This document shows positions 25,575 through 37,495 of a stretch of 57,245 bases of DNA, in pieces. The position numbers and the translations under genes are program-made. The stretch covers positions 49,681,827-49,739,071 of the forward strand of contig NC_068986.1 in assembly GCF_001194135.2 (NCBI RefSeq), in the 5' to 3' direction. How positions within the stretch are numbered: position 1 is the first letter of the stretch; each line of letters starts with the position of its first letter. Below the pieces are notes generated by a model that did no database searches, was not told the DNA's origin, and was given only the letters and a program-made list of their open reading frames with translations. Source of the DNA: Octopus bimaculoides. Taxonomy: Eukaryota.

Positions 25575-26500
25575 GATGGAGTGAAAGGGAGGTGCTTTGA
25601 ACTACAGTTAGATGTAGACAAAAATGGAGGGTCGAGAAATTTAGCTTAGAGCTTCATTGCAACCTTAACAACATAAATAATGTAACAAATATAGAGAAAA
25701 AAAATACTAAAAAAAAAAAGAAAGAAAGAGGGGAAAAAAACAATATAAATCAGAAGCCAATAGATCAATAAAATATATTCATAAGAAATTATAGCAATCA
25801 TCATCATCACCATCAACTACAAACTAAAGAGGAGATAGGAAAAAAATATATATATAATAAGCAGGCTTGCTGTTTTAGTGTTTTAAGAGAGAATAAATAA
25901 GAGTTGAGATGAGAAATGTCCAAGTGTGAGCAGCAGCAGCGGCAACAACAGCAGCAGAGACAGCAACAATAATAACAACAACAAAATCAATAGAAACTGA
26001 TGACAGTTTAACAAGCAGAAATGGACGAGCCCTTCACAAACAATTACTTTCAAACTAGACAATTGATTTCCATCGATAACAGCAAAAGTCAGCGGTGTGT
26101 GCAGAAATGCATGGCAAAAGGTTATTATTTTCTAATTACATTATAACCGTTCATTCAAATTTATTGGTAATCATACCGAGATTAACAAACACAGACGGCG
26201 ACGTTGACAACAACAATGACAACAACAACGATGACGACGTAAGGAATAACGACAAGCAACTACAACATCAACGAAGATATTTCAACTGGAGGGTTTCGTT
26301 GTGTTACTGAGAAAAGATGTTGAACTAATGAACAGATAGTGATGATGAGGAGGATGATAATTGCAATGATGGTAAATGATTGTTGTTATAATTATTATTA
26401 CTAATAATGCGAGCTGCAGACAAAAATGAAGTACAAGTTTGATTACCCGCAGAGTTCAAATCTCACACAAGTCAACAATGTTGTTGTTGTTGTTATTATT

Positions 26501-26722
26501 AAGGCTGCAAGCTGGCAGAATCATTAGCACACCGGCTGAAATGTTTAGTGGTATTTCGTCTGTCTTCACGTTCTGTGTTCGAATTCTGCCAAAGTTGATT
26601 TTGCCCTTCATCCTTTCGGGGTCAATGAAATAAGTACCAGTTGTGCACTGGGGTTGATGCATTCAACCATCACCCCTTTCACAAATTCTAGGCCCTGTGC
26701 CTATAGTAGAAAGGATTATCAT
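26501..26722 (+). mobile_element. SINE family B (B2 tail type)
   Basis: aaggctgcaagctggcagaatc...gttcgaattc...catcctttcggggtcaatgaaataagtacc...ggccctgtgcctatagtagaaaggattat. Confidence 0.88.
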
Positions 26723-26733
26723 TATTATTATTG

Positions 26734-27080
26734 AGCGTGGCCATTGATCGTTACCAACGTCAGCTTCCTGGCACTTGTGCCAGTGGCACGTGAAAAGACA
26801 TTCGAGCGAGATCGTTGCCAGTGCTGATGGACTGGCTCCTGTGCAGGTAAAATACACCATTTTAAGCGTGGCCGTCACCAGTACGCACCTGACTGGCCCT
26901 CGTGCAGGTGGCACACAAAAGCACCCACTACACTCTCTGAGTGGTTGGCGTTAGGAAGGGCATCCAGCTGTAGAAACTCTGCTAAATCAGATTGGAGCCT
27001 GGTGTCGCCTCTTGGTCCACCAGTCCTCAGTCAAATCGTCCAACCCATACTAGCATGGAAAGCGGACATTAAACGACGAC

Positions 27081-27110
<30 letters not shown>
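26734..27110 (+). mobile_element. Family D, longest copy, with three 60-70 bp tandem units at its 5' end and a (GAT)n tail
   Basis: Units begin agcg at 26734, 26805 and 26865; the body contains ggttggcgttaggaagggcatccagctgtaga. Confidence 0.85.
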
Positions 27111-27111
<1 letters not shown>

Positions 27112-27117
27112 ACTACA

Positions 27118-27560
27118 GCAGCAAATTGGCAGAATCGTTAGCAGGTTGGGCAAAATGCTAATCAGTATTTCCATCTTCACATTCTGAGTTCAAATTCCAC
27201 CAAAGTCAACTTTGGCTTTCATCCTTTTGGAGTCAATAAATTAAGTACCAGTAAAAAACTGAGGTCAATGTAATCAACTAGTACCTTCCCCGAAAAAATT
27301 GCTAGCCTTCTGCCTAATTACTATTATCATTATTACCATGAAGGTGGGGGAGCTGGCAGAATCATTATCACACTAGGCAAAATGCTTAGCGGCATTTCGT
27401 CCATCTTTGCGTTTTAAGTTCAAATTCTGCTGAGGTCAACTTTACATTCCATCCTTTTGGGAGCAATTGAATGAGTACCAGCTGAACACCAGAGTTGATG
27501 TAATCAACTTGTTCCCTCCCTGAAATTTTTGATTTTGTGGAAAAATTTAAAACCATTATT
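27118..27560 (+). mobile_element. Two tandem SINE-B (B2) copies (about 27118-27325 and 27340-27560)
   Basis: ttggcagaatcgttagca...gagttcaaattcc...catccttttgg...taagtacc in both. Confidence 0.8.
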
Positions 27561-27580
27561 ATTATTGTTGTTGTTGTTGT

Positions 27581-27810
27581 TGAGTGAGAGAGCAGCATAT
27601 GCCAATCAAAGTGACACTGGGGTAAAGTATACGAAACCCAGTATACCCCATTATAACTAGCCATCTGATAGGGGTACACCAGGCACATGAAGCGCAACCA
27701 GATGTGCACTACATGGTGACCTTATATCAAGATAAACAGCGCATGACCTTGCCGGTGGGACCCACTTAGGATTTTCGGTTCAATTAGCCAATCCCACTCA
27801 AAAGGTCCCT
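27581..27810 (-). mobile_element. Probable 5'-truncated retroposon 3' end with (AAC/AAT)n tail, unclassified
   Basis: A 230-bp complex-sequence block bounded by (ATT/GTT)n on both sides; the minus strand ends ctctcactc(aac)n(aat)n. Single copy in the window. Confidence 0.4.
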
Positions 27811-27907
27811 TATTATTATTATTATTATTATTATTATTGTTATTATGATTATTGTTATTAAGGTGGAAAGCTGGCACAATCATTAGCATGCCAAGCAAAA
27901 TGCTTTA

Positions 27908-28290
27908 TTCTTTTACTTGTTTCAGCCATTTGACAGTGGCCCTGCTGGAGCACTGCCTTTAGTTGAACAAACCTACTACAGGACTTATTCTTAGTAAGCC
28001 TAGTACTTATTATATCAGTCTCTTTTTGCTGAACTGCTAAGTTACGGGGACGTAAACACACCAACAGGGGTTGTTAAGCAATGGTAGGGGGACATACACA
28101 GACACAAATATATACATGTATATACATGACGGGCTTCTTTCAGTTTCCATCAACCAAATGTACTCACAAGGCTTTGGTCGGCCCGAGGCTATAGTAGAAG
28201 ACACTTGCCCAAGGTGCCACGCAGTGGGACTGAACCCAGAACCATATGGTTGGGAAGCAAGCTTCTTACCTCACTGCCATTCCTGTACTT
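27908..28290 (-). mobile_element. SINE family A, full length
   Basis: All family landmarks present. Confidence 0.9.
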
Positions 28291-29178
28291 ATAATGATGA
28301 GAATGATGATGATTATTATTATTATTATTATTATTATAATAAAAAAAAAATGACCAGAGAAAAGTAGACTCTAGAGTAAGAATTAGGACACAGAAAAAAA
28401 GAAAAGAAAAACCTTGCAAATTACGGAACAGAATGAATGAACTGTGACAGAATAAAAACAACAACAACATCCCACAACAAAAATCTAAAATGCAAAACCC
28501 TAATAGATATCAAATGTTTAATGAGATACGATATTATATATATGCATACATATAATAAAGACACACACACACACACACATACATATATATATATACATAT
28601 ATATNNNNNNNNNNNNNNNNNNNNNNNNNNNNNNNNNNNNNNNNNNNNNNNNNNNNNNNNNNNNNNNNNNNNNNNNNNNNNNNNNNNNNNNNNNNNNNNN
28701 NNNNNNNNNNNNNNNNNNNNNNNNNNNNNNNNNNNNNNNNNNNNNNNNNNNNNNNNNNNNNNNNNNNNNNNNNNNNNNNNNNNNNNNNNNNNNNNNNNNN
28801 NNNNNNNNNNNNNNNNNNNNNNNNNNNNNNNNNNNNNNNNNNNNNNNNNNNNNNNNNNNNNNNNNNNNNNNNNNNNNNNNNNNNNNNNNNNNNNNNNNNN
28901 NNNNNNNNNNNNNNNNNNNNNNNNNNNNNNNNNNNNNNNNNNNNNNNNNNNNNNNNNNNNNNNNNNNNNNNNNNNNNNNNNNNNNNNNNNNNNNNNNNNN
29001 NNNNNTAGAGGAGAAGGAGGAATGAATATGGAGAAAGAAAAGAAAGAGGAAAGAATGAAAATGAGAGAAAAAAAAAATTATAATAAAGATTCCTTTAGTG
29101 CCACAAAGGCGACAAGAAGCAAATCTAAGTAGGTATACATGTGTGTGTGTATGTATAATGTGTGTGCGTGTTTGTATG

Positions 29179-29219
<41 letters not shown>

Positions 29220-29794
29220 CATATAATTATAAATTATATATATATATACATATATAATTTATATAACTATAAATTAATGTGTGTATGCACAAGAATGTGG
29301 TCTGTATCTATGTGCGTATATATTATAATTATGTATACATATATGTGTGTGGATATATGTGTACAACATACATACATACACATTAGCTATAGAAAACAGT
29401 GCCCATATGAATGTACAGATCATACATCACCATTGTAGTATTTGCATATAGACAGAAATGATCAGGCGGTGTGTGTGTGTGTGTGTATACATACATAAAC
29501 ACACATGCATCAGTAGGTAGATATGTTCGTCCATGCATAAATCTACAGTTGTCTGTCCTCCTACATTTATATAGGTTAAATATGAGCTATTAAATTAAAT
29601 GTAGAAAACATAATTACAGAGCTCAATAGGAACTTCTGTATGTATATGTGTGTATATGTATCTGTATTTGTGTATATCTATATCTATGCAAGTTCATAGA
29701 TATGAGTGTAAGTATATGTGCACATATGTAGGTATATCTGTATTCGTATATCACTCACACAAACACACACATACACGTATGTGTATATGTATTT

Positions 29795-30275
29795 GGGCAC
29801 AGGTGTGGCTGTGTGGTTATAAAGTTTGCTTCCCAACCACAGGCTTTCAGGTTCAGTCACAGCACATGGCACCTTGTGCATGTGTTCTCTAATATAGCAT
29901 TGGGCCAACCCAAAGCTTTGTGAGTGGATTCGTTAGGCAGAAAAGCCTGCCATACACACACACCTACCACACACCCACATATACACACACACTTATCACA
30001 CGCACACACACACATGCAGGTGGGTGTGTGTATGCATTTGTCAGCTAGTCTTGTAATATTTGTAAACAAGTTTCACTGTCATACAAGCAGTGTCATTTAT
30101 TTCCAATCAGCTGTGAAAACATCCTTTAACGGGGAACTTTTACCTCCCTTGGAAATAGGCAAGGGTTTCTAACAAGAAAAGTATCCAATCGGCTGTAGAA
30201 AATCTGCATCAGTGACTTTTGTCTAACCCATGCAGGCATGGAAATGTGGATATTAGAATGGTGCTGCTGCTGCTG
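29795..30275 (+). mobile_element. SINE variant A2, full length
   Basis: A head, (CA)n, cactgtcatacaagcagtgtc...tagaaaatctgc...cccatgcaggcatggaaatgtggat and (GCT)n tail. Confidence 0.75.
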
Positions 30276-30681
30276 CTATATGAGTGTTTGGAAAACAAGT
30301 GTTAGGATAAATTTTATGTTTATTCAACAAACCTTACATGTATTTCATTAACAATAATATCTGTTGTATAAGAAAAGAAATCATAAACAGATTACAACAT
30401 CAAATTACCAGAGATTGCATAACAAAAGTAAATAGCCTGAGTTATATGATAGACATCAAACACTATGAGTGTGCATGTGTACACATACATACACACACTC
30501 ATATCCATATACTGGCACACACATTATTATTATTATTATTGATTGGCAGACATTAAAGAGTGACTCAAAAGCCTAGAGCGTTTGTCTTCTATTGTACCTA
30601 TGGGATGACTAAGGCCTTGTTAATGAATTTGGCAGCTGTAAGTGTACAATGATTATTATACACACACACACCTATATATAT

Positions 30682-30843
30682 GTATAGGAAGGGCATCCAG
30701 CTGCAGAAACCTTGCAAAATCAGTTCGGAACCTGGTGCAGCCCCCCACCCAACCCCCACCAGTTTTCAGTCAAACCATCCAATCATCATCATTTAATGTG
30801 TCTGCTTTCCATGCTGGCATGGAAAGCAGACATTAAATGATGA
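30682..30843 (+). mobile_element. Family D-type 3' end running into gap 30844-30943
   Basis: ggaagggcatccagctg...catgctggcatggaaagcagacattaaatgatga. Confidence 0.7.
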
Positions 30844-31343
30844 NNNNNNNNNNNNNNNNNNNNNNNNNNNNNNNNNNNNNNNNNNNNNNNNNNNNNNNNN
30901 NNNNNNNNNNNNNNNNNNNNNNNNNNNNNNNNNNNNNNNNNNNGCAGCTAATATGCCTCAGGTCATGATGCTTTGAGGAGGACGAAGTTTAGGTTAATAC
31001 AGCCCCTCTCTCTCTTTCTCTTCAGCATTTTCTAAATCTAACATCTGTTGTGTGTCTCTAACAAATACATTTTCCGATCAGAACAGTGTACACAGCAGTC
31101 AGTTATCAGATTAGTAAACTTGACTGTATTAAAAGCCTTCTGAAGAAGAGACAACTAACACTATGTACCAAAAGACAAAAAAAAAGTCAGAAGTATATGT
31201 AAAAATAACACATTTTCCATTCCAAGATCTCACACCTGATTTTTACCTGTTCTGGTGGTTGGCTGAGCACATGTTGACTCAACCCTTTAATTGCCATATT
31301 TTTGTTGAAACACATTGCTTTTGCTTCAATTAATTTTAAACCT

Positions 31344-31519
31344 AAGTACAGGTGTGGTTGTGTGATAAGAAACATGCTTCCTAACCACATGGTTCTAGGT
31401 TCAGTTCTACTGTGTGGCACCTGGAGCAAGTGTGTTCTACTATAGCCTCAGGCTGACCAAAGCCTTGTGAGTTGATCTGGTAGGTGGAAAATGGAAGTAG
31501 CCCATTGTATATGTGTATG

Positions 31520-31565
<46 letters not shown>

Positions 31566-31791
31566 CACACACACACACACAAGGCAGGTAACCTAAATAA
31601 AATCAATTGCATCAAATTTTTGAAAATATAGAAAATGTTGTATAGGAGTGGGTCTAACTTGTAAGTAAAAGGGGTGAAATCAACATATATGCTTCAATCT
31701 TATTAAACCTCATCAGCAATGCATACTGCACAATTAGCTTGACAAAGAGTGATCAATATGTCAAAAATGGAGGGCATGTGTGTGTGTGAAA

Positions 31792-31822
<31 letters not shown>

Positions 31823-31980
31823 TTTCTATCCATGTTTGTTACCCACCACTTCTTGACAACCGGTGTTGGTGTGTTTATGACCCTGTAACTTAAAAGTTTA
31901 GCAAAAGAGACAAAGAGGTGATAGAATAAGTACCCAACTAAAAAACAAAAATACTGAGGCTAATTCATTTAACTAAATAG
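31344..31980 (+). mobile_element. SINE family A; internal microsatellite expanded and interrupted; tail truncated
   Basis: Head at 31344-31510; tail part at 31825-31980. Confidence 0.75.
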
Positions 31981-32300
31981 GGAACCACCTTGAAGAATTT
32001 TAGTGAAACAAATTATTCCCAGTACTTATGATTTTTAAAGCTTGAGACATATTCTATGAGTCTCTTTTGCTGAACCGTTACATTACGGTGAAGTAAAAAC
32101 ACCAACACCAACTTTCAAGCTGTGGTGGGTGACAAACACAGACACACACACACACACACACACACACAATGAGCTCCTACCAACATCCATCAACCAGATC
32201 CACTCACAAGACTTTGGTCGGCCCTAGTCTATAGAAGAAGACGCATGCCCAAGGTGCTCTGCAGTGGGACTGAACCTGCAACCATGTGGTTGGGAAGCAA
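31981..32300 (-). mobile_element. SINE family A abutting the previous copy tail-to-tail
   Basis: caccttgaagaattttag...tctcttttgctgaaccg...(CA)n...ggactgaacc...aagcaaa. Confidence 0.8.
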
Positions 32301-32532
32301 ATTTATAAATATTATAAGAATGTGGCACAAGGAATAGCAGAAAAACCTAAGTAAGAACAGGAAAAACACACACAATGGTTGCAGACATGCTCAACCTCTC
32401 ATCAGTTATTGACCAAAAATCAGCACAATTTTGACACCCACACTAATATTTTCCAATATATACATATATATATATATATACACACACACATACATACATA
32501 TATATATATGTATGTGTATGTATGTATATATA

Positions 32533-32578
<46 letters not shown>

Positions 32579-33584
32579 CACACACACACACACACACATA
32601 TGCCTACACACATATATACCTATATGTCCATATATATATATAAATACACCCACCTACACATACATAGAAAGAGAAAGCGAGAAAACAAAGAGAAATGGAG
32701 ACAGACAAACAGATAGTCGTATAGCTATACGCACACGCACGCACGCGTACATACAAACACTCATACACATTGTGCAATTAGATGACTAATTTCTTTTCAC
32801 CAGAAATATTTAAATAAATAAATAAATAAATAAATAATAATAAATAGCTTACATGAAGAATTAAATATCATCTTTGCACCAGCAGATTGGTAAGCATCTG
32901 AGGAAGGAGAGAGGGTAGAGAGAGTAGAGAGAGAAGAGAGAGAGAGAGAGAAAGAGGGGAAAAAAGCTTGGGAGAGAAAGAAAGGGAGAAAGAGGATGGT
33001 GATGGGGGTAGCAATGTGCAGCTCCAACAAACAGCCAAAAATAATTAAGACAAATCACAAAGAGCACCATTTTATCGTAAAAATAACCGAACAACAAGAG
33101 CAACAGAAAGAACAACGGCAGTTAACAACCACCACCACCACCACCACCATCACCACCTTCACTAATATCAGCTTCGCCGCCATCACCATCAACAACAAAG
33201 TGATGCAGCGAACGATGGTGGTGGCGGTGGTGGCGGCAACATTAGTATTAGTGAAGATCAAAATACACAGGCAGTTTGTTAGATGCTGTCAATCTATCAT
33301 TTGATTGAGTAGAAGCAAGGGGGTGGGGGGAGCGTGCTGCAGTATGGTGGTAGTGCGTTGGTGTGATTATGTCCCGTGGTGAGCTTATTTCTAGTGCTGT
33401 TGTTGTTGTGTGGTGGTGGTAGTAGCATATTGCATGACGAAGCTGCGACAGTGATGGCAACAGCGACGATGATGTGGTTACCGACATACGAGATGATGAC
33501 AATAGAATGGACGTTTATGTAGTGCTGGTGTTAGTGGTGTGGTGGTGATAGCGTGATTATGTAGTATAAGAGGTGGTGTGTGTC

Positions 33585-33620
<36 letters not shown>

Positions 33621-33710
33621 AATAAATTATAGCAGTATTGCAATATGACGTGATGATAGTAGTGGTTATCTTATAATATGATATCAGTATAGTATAGTTA
33701 TATCAGTATA

Positions 33711-34050
33711 GTGGAGGAACATGGATTAGTGGGTAGAGCACCAGGCTCACAATCATGAGGTAGTGAGTTCAATTCCTGGACCGGGCTGTGTGTTGTGTTC
33801 TTGAGCAAGACACTTTATTTCATGTTGCTCCAGTTCATTCAGCAGCAGAAATGAGTTCTGACATCACTGGTGCCAAGCTGTATCAACCCTTGCCTTTCTC
33901 TTGTATAACAGCAATGGCACGGAGAGGGGAGGCTGGTATGCATGGGTGACTGCTGGTTTTCCATAAACAGCCTTGCCCAGACTTTTGCCTCGGAGGGGAA
34001 TTTTCTAGGTGCAATTCCATGGTCATGCATGGCCGAAAGAGATCATTACT
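33711..34050 (+). mobile_element. SINE family E (tRNA-like head)
   Basis: gtggagg...tagtgggtagagc...gagttcaattcc...ttcttgagcaagacact; matches the reverse complement of 48861-49198. Confidence 0.85.
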
Positions 34051-34317
34051 TTTTATAGTACGGTTGTGGTACAGCATGAAAAGACAACAGAGCTGGGGTA
34101 TGTGTAATACAGTAGTGGTTGTGGCGGTAGTCCTAATGACATGATGTAATATGACTGGTATGATAGGGTGGTAGTAGCCATGTAATATGGTGACTGTTAT
34201 ATGGTTTTATGCAGTGGTTATGGTGATAGTGACATGGCGGTGCCTGATTGTTCAGTCCCAGGTGAGATCTTATAGGAGAGTTCTACAAACTAAGGTATTC
34301 TATTTATGACGATAATG

Positions 34318-34730
34318 TAGGCACAGACGTGATTGTGTGGTAAGAAGGCCGCTTTTCAATCACACAGTTCCAGGTTCAGTCCCACTGCACAGAACCTTGG
34401 GCAAGTGTCTTCTACTGTAGCACTGGGTTGACCAAAGCCTTGTAAGAGGATTTGGAGGAAGGAAACTGAAGGAAGCCCACTGTGTGCATGTGCATACATG
34501 TATGAGTGGGTCTGTCTTTGTCACCCATCACTGTCTGAGAACCAGTGTTGGTTTTCTTACATCCCAGCAACTTAACATTGGTTTGTTTACATCCCGGCAA
34601 TGTAACATGTTCTTACAGATAAAGATACTGATCAATTAAGCACCAGACTTATAGATATAAGTACTGGGGTCAATTAAAACCTTCAAGGCTACACGTCGTC
34701 GCAGTCCAGTGACTGAAACAAGTAAAAAAA
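34318..34730 (+). mobile_element. SINE family A
   Basis: Head, ccttgggcaagtgtctt, and tail tactggggtcaatt...gcagtccagtgactgaaacaagtaaaa. Confidence 0.8.
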
Positions 34731-35649
34731 GAAAGAAAAATGAAAAGAAAAAAGAAAAAAAAATTACGGTTTATTTTTAGTTTAGGCACAGCATGTCTAG
34801 AATTACAATATCTGATATGGTCTTTGAGCTTGTATGTGATATCAGAGTGGGATGATTTGGTGCAGCTGTTTAGATGCTGGTGAAATGGTATGGCTGAATG
34901 GACATTCAACCTGTTTTGGTGACTGTATGTTTTGGGTGCTGGAGGTAAACACACACACACACAAAAATATATACATACAGAGTTAGGGGGTTGGACAGAG
35001 AGAGAAATATTACACATACATAGAAACAAGACTACATGTTTTTACACAAAGAGAATGGGAGAGAGGAAGAGCAAGAGATGGGGAGAGACAAGAGCAAAGA
35101 GGAGAGACAGAAGAGAAAAGAGAAGAGACAAAGAGAGAGGATAGGAGAGAGAGAGGAGAAGAAGAGAGTGGTAGAGAGGGAGAAAGGAAGGAGCCATTTA
35201 AAAATCATTTGATGTCAAATAGAGCTATATCAATGATGCCAAAAAAGCAGCACCAAAATGGTTGTGCCAAAATGTCACATACCTGTGTGGCGTGAAAGAG
35301 ATCTGGAAAGGGTTTCTGGCAGGTCAAGCAATCACATAGGCCAGTCATAGGCAACCTGCCAACCTCAGCAGTTTCCAAATGACGAAAAAATACCTTCTCT
35401 CTTTTTAGTTGTGACCCACTTGATGATACAGTTCTCATGCAGTACGTTTCTCTAAACATTTTGCCCAAGCCTGATATAGGCACTTCTTTAGTTTGTGGTA
35501 AGATGTGATGGTACTGGTGATGGTTGAAAGAATATTTGAAAGTTATTAGAGGTTTTGTCAGTATAGCCAACATCAAACAGGCGACCACGAAATTCAGTAT
35601 ATGTAAAAAAGTATTTTCCGTTTCCATTATTCATTATATATACACATAG

Positions 35650-35918
35650 AGCATATGATGGTTGTCTACTCCTTATGCAGAGTTGGACCGTCTCTTGTAC
35701 TTACACCTTAGATCTATCATGGCGTCTGTTGTGGCTTATTAAACCAGACAATGTTTTGAAAAGACACCCACATAAACTGCATATCTGCTTTGGACCACCA
35801 GGAGCTGCAGTTAAGTTCTGATTTTTATGGATCTTAAAATGCCTTTTGAGGTCTCTGTTAGATTTGCACACCTTATGGCATACACGGTATTGACAGGTAT
35901 ATACAGATAAATAGGCAG

Positions 35919-35920
<2 letters not shown>
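35650..35920 (-). mobile_element. Probable RTE-type LINE 3' end carrying an open two-C2H2-zinc-finger frame (35701-35910)
   Basis: LSVYTCQYRVCHKVCKSNRDLKRHFKIHKNQNLTAAPGGPKQICSLCGCLFKTLSGLISHNRRHDRSKV*, giving C-x4-C-x12-H-x3-H and C-x2-C-x12-H-x3-H. About 45-nt 3' UTR, no ATG or splice acceptor upstream, TA-repeat flanks. The finger spacing is seen directly; the RTE assignment is inference. Confidence 0.55.
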
Positions 35921-35962
<42 letters not shown>

Positions 35963-36013
35963 GACAGACATATTTTGTATTTCTAGCCCAAGCAGTATTA
36001 TTTGTTTACTAGA

Positions 36014-36398
36014 CTAGCCATGACCCGTTGGGTCACTAGGCAATTCTGAGTTTCCCAGCAACAGAGTTTTATTCTGCGGTTGTTGTTTTTTTCTTTTTCC
36101 AGTTATTTCGCACACTTTCAACAAATGTGACATTAAAAGGTTAGAGTTTCTTCCCTTTCAGGACGAAGTTAAATTCAGAACATTTTTCCATTATGAACCA
36201 TTTTGGGTATTTATACGCCTAAACCCTGAATATCTCAATAACTACTGCTCCAATTTACACAAAACTTGTTTCATTCCATTCTTATTTACATTTCAGGGTA
36301 AAGTTGATTCATAGTATTTTCCCATTATGCTCCACTTTAGCTGGGTAACATTGCAAGCAAGCAAGCAAGATTCAAACTGACTTTTAATGTATTATAGA
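36014..36398 (-). mobile_element. Non-autonomous Helitron (385 bp)
   Basis: Minus strand starts 5'-TC (36398-36397) after an A and ends CTAG (36017-36014) before a T; hairpin tgaccc-gtt-gggtca (36021-36035) lies just inside the 3' end. Confidence 0.75.
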
Positions 36399-36669
36399 TT
36401 TGCATCATTACCTCCAAATCACCTCGATTCCCCTTATAGCCACTCTTTTCTGTGCCGTAAAAATTTCAGAGTTTAAGTCAAAATCATTTGAGTGCTACCG
36501 TTTTTTATACTGAATATCTTTGGATCTCATCTGCTCACTCTATCTGTCTGTCTGTCTCCCTCTTTTTCTCTCTCTCTCTCATATATATATATATAATGTG
36601 TGTGTGTGAGTGTGTGTGTGTGCATACACAAAGACACTATTAAGAACACAACACCTTCAACCAATATAA

Positions 36670-37495
36670 TCCATGACAATGATCACTACTCATGACACCT
36701 GTACCGATATGAGTCTCAATTCCTCAACCAACAATTACGAATGTTTGTGGTTCACCACTTGCTCCTTTGTCTCCAGCACCACCAACACCATCATCACCAC
36801 TATTACCCCCAACACCAATGCAGCCACTGCCACCACCGCTACCGCCACCACCACAACCACCAAGACATTCAGACAAACCAAATTTGTATATTTCAGTGTG
36901 ATGCCTTTTCCTTCATGTTGCCTGCCACATGGAGTTGTAACAAGAGCAAAATAACTAGATACCCCCTCTCTCTCTCTCTCTCACTACTACCATCACCTCC
37001 ACTTCCTACATTTGTCTTTATCACTACTGCCACCTCCATTGCTGCCACCACCCACCTCCCTCATACAATGTTATCAAAACCAATATACAACACATATCAC
37101 ACAATGGATGTCAGCTAATGTCTTTGTGATGGTGATAATTGCATGGCGGCGGCTATGACAGTGGTAGTGGTGGTGGTGGTGAAGCTAACAGTATAACTGC
37201 TGTTGCATGGATGCTGGTTGTTGTAATGGTGATGCTAATGCAGTGGATGGATAGATGGATGGATGGGTGTGTGTGTGAGGGCGATAATGCAAACTATATA
37301 AAGGTGATAATTTAGTGGTGGCAGTGATGGTGGTGTCTCAGTACTATGAGATGGTAGTAGGTAATAGTGTGGTGGTGGTGGTGGTGGAGTGTTGCTGCTG
37401 TATAATGGTCATGATGCGATGGTGGTGAAGGTGGTGATGATGATGGTGGTGATGGAGGTAGTGATGGTAGTGGTGGTGGTGGTGGTGGAGGTGGT
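36670..37495. repeat. (CAC)/(GGT)/(GAT) low-complexity tract running into gap 37496-37799
   Basis: Directly visible. Confidence 0.85.

Noticed and set aside
26734-26930. Repeat-spacer-like arrays (also 45340-46240) as CRISPR
   Set aside because: Eukaryotic context, no constant repeat with unique spacers, no cas genes; the units are diverged TE-internal tandems.
27620-27700. gaaac...ctgatag as a hammerhead ribozyme core
   Set aside because: The motif order and stems do not fit type I, II or III topology, and the core deviates from CUGANGA.
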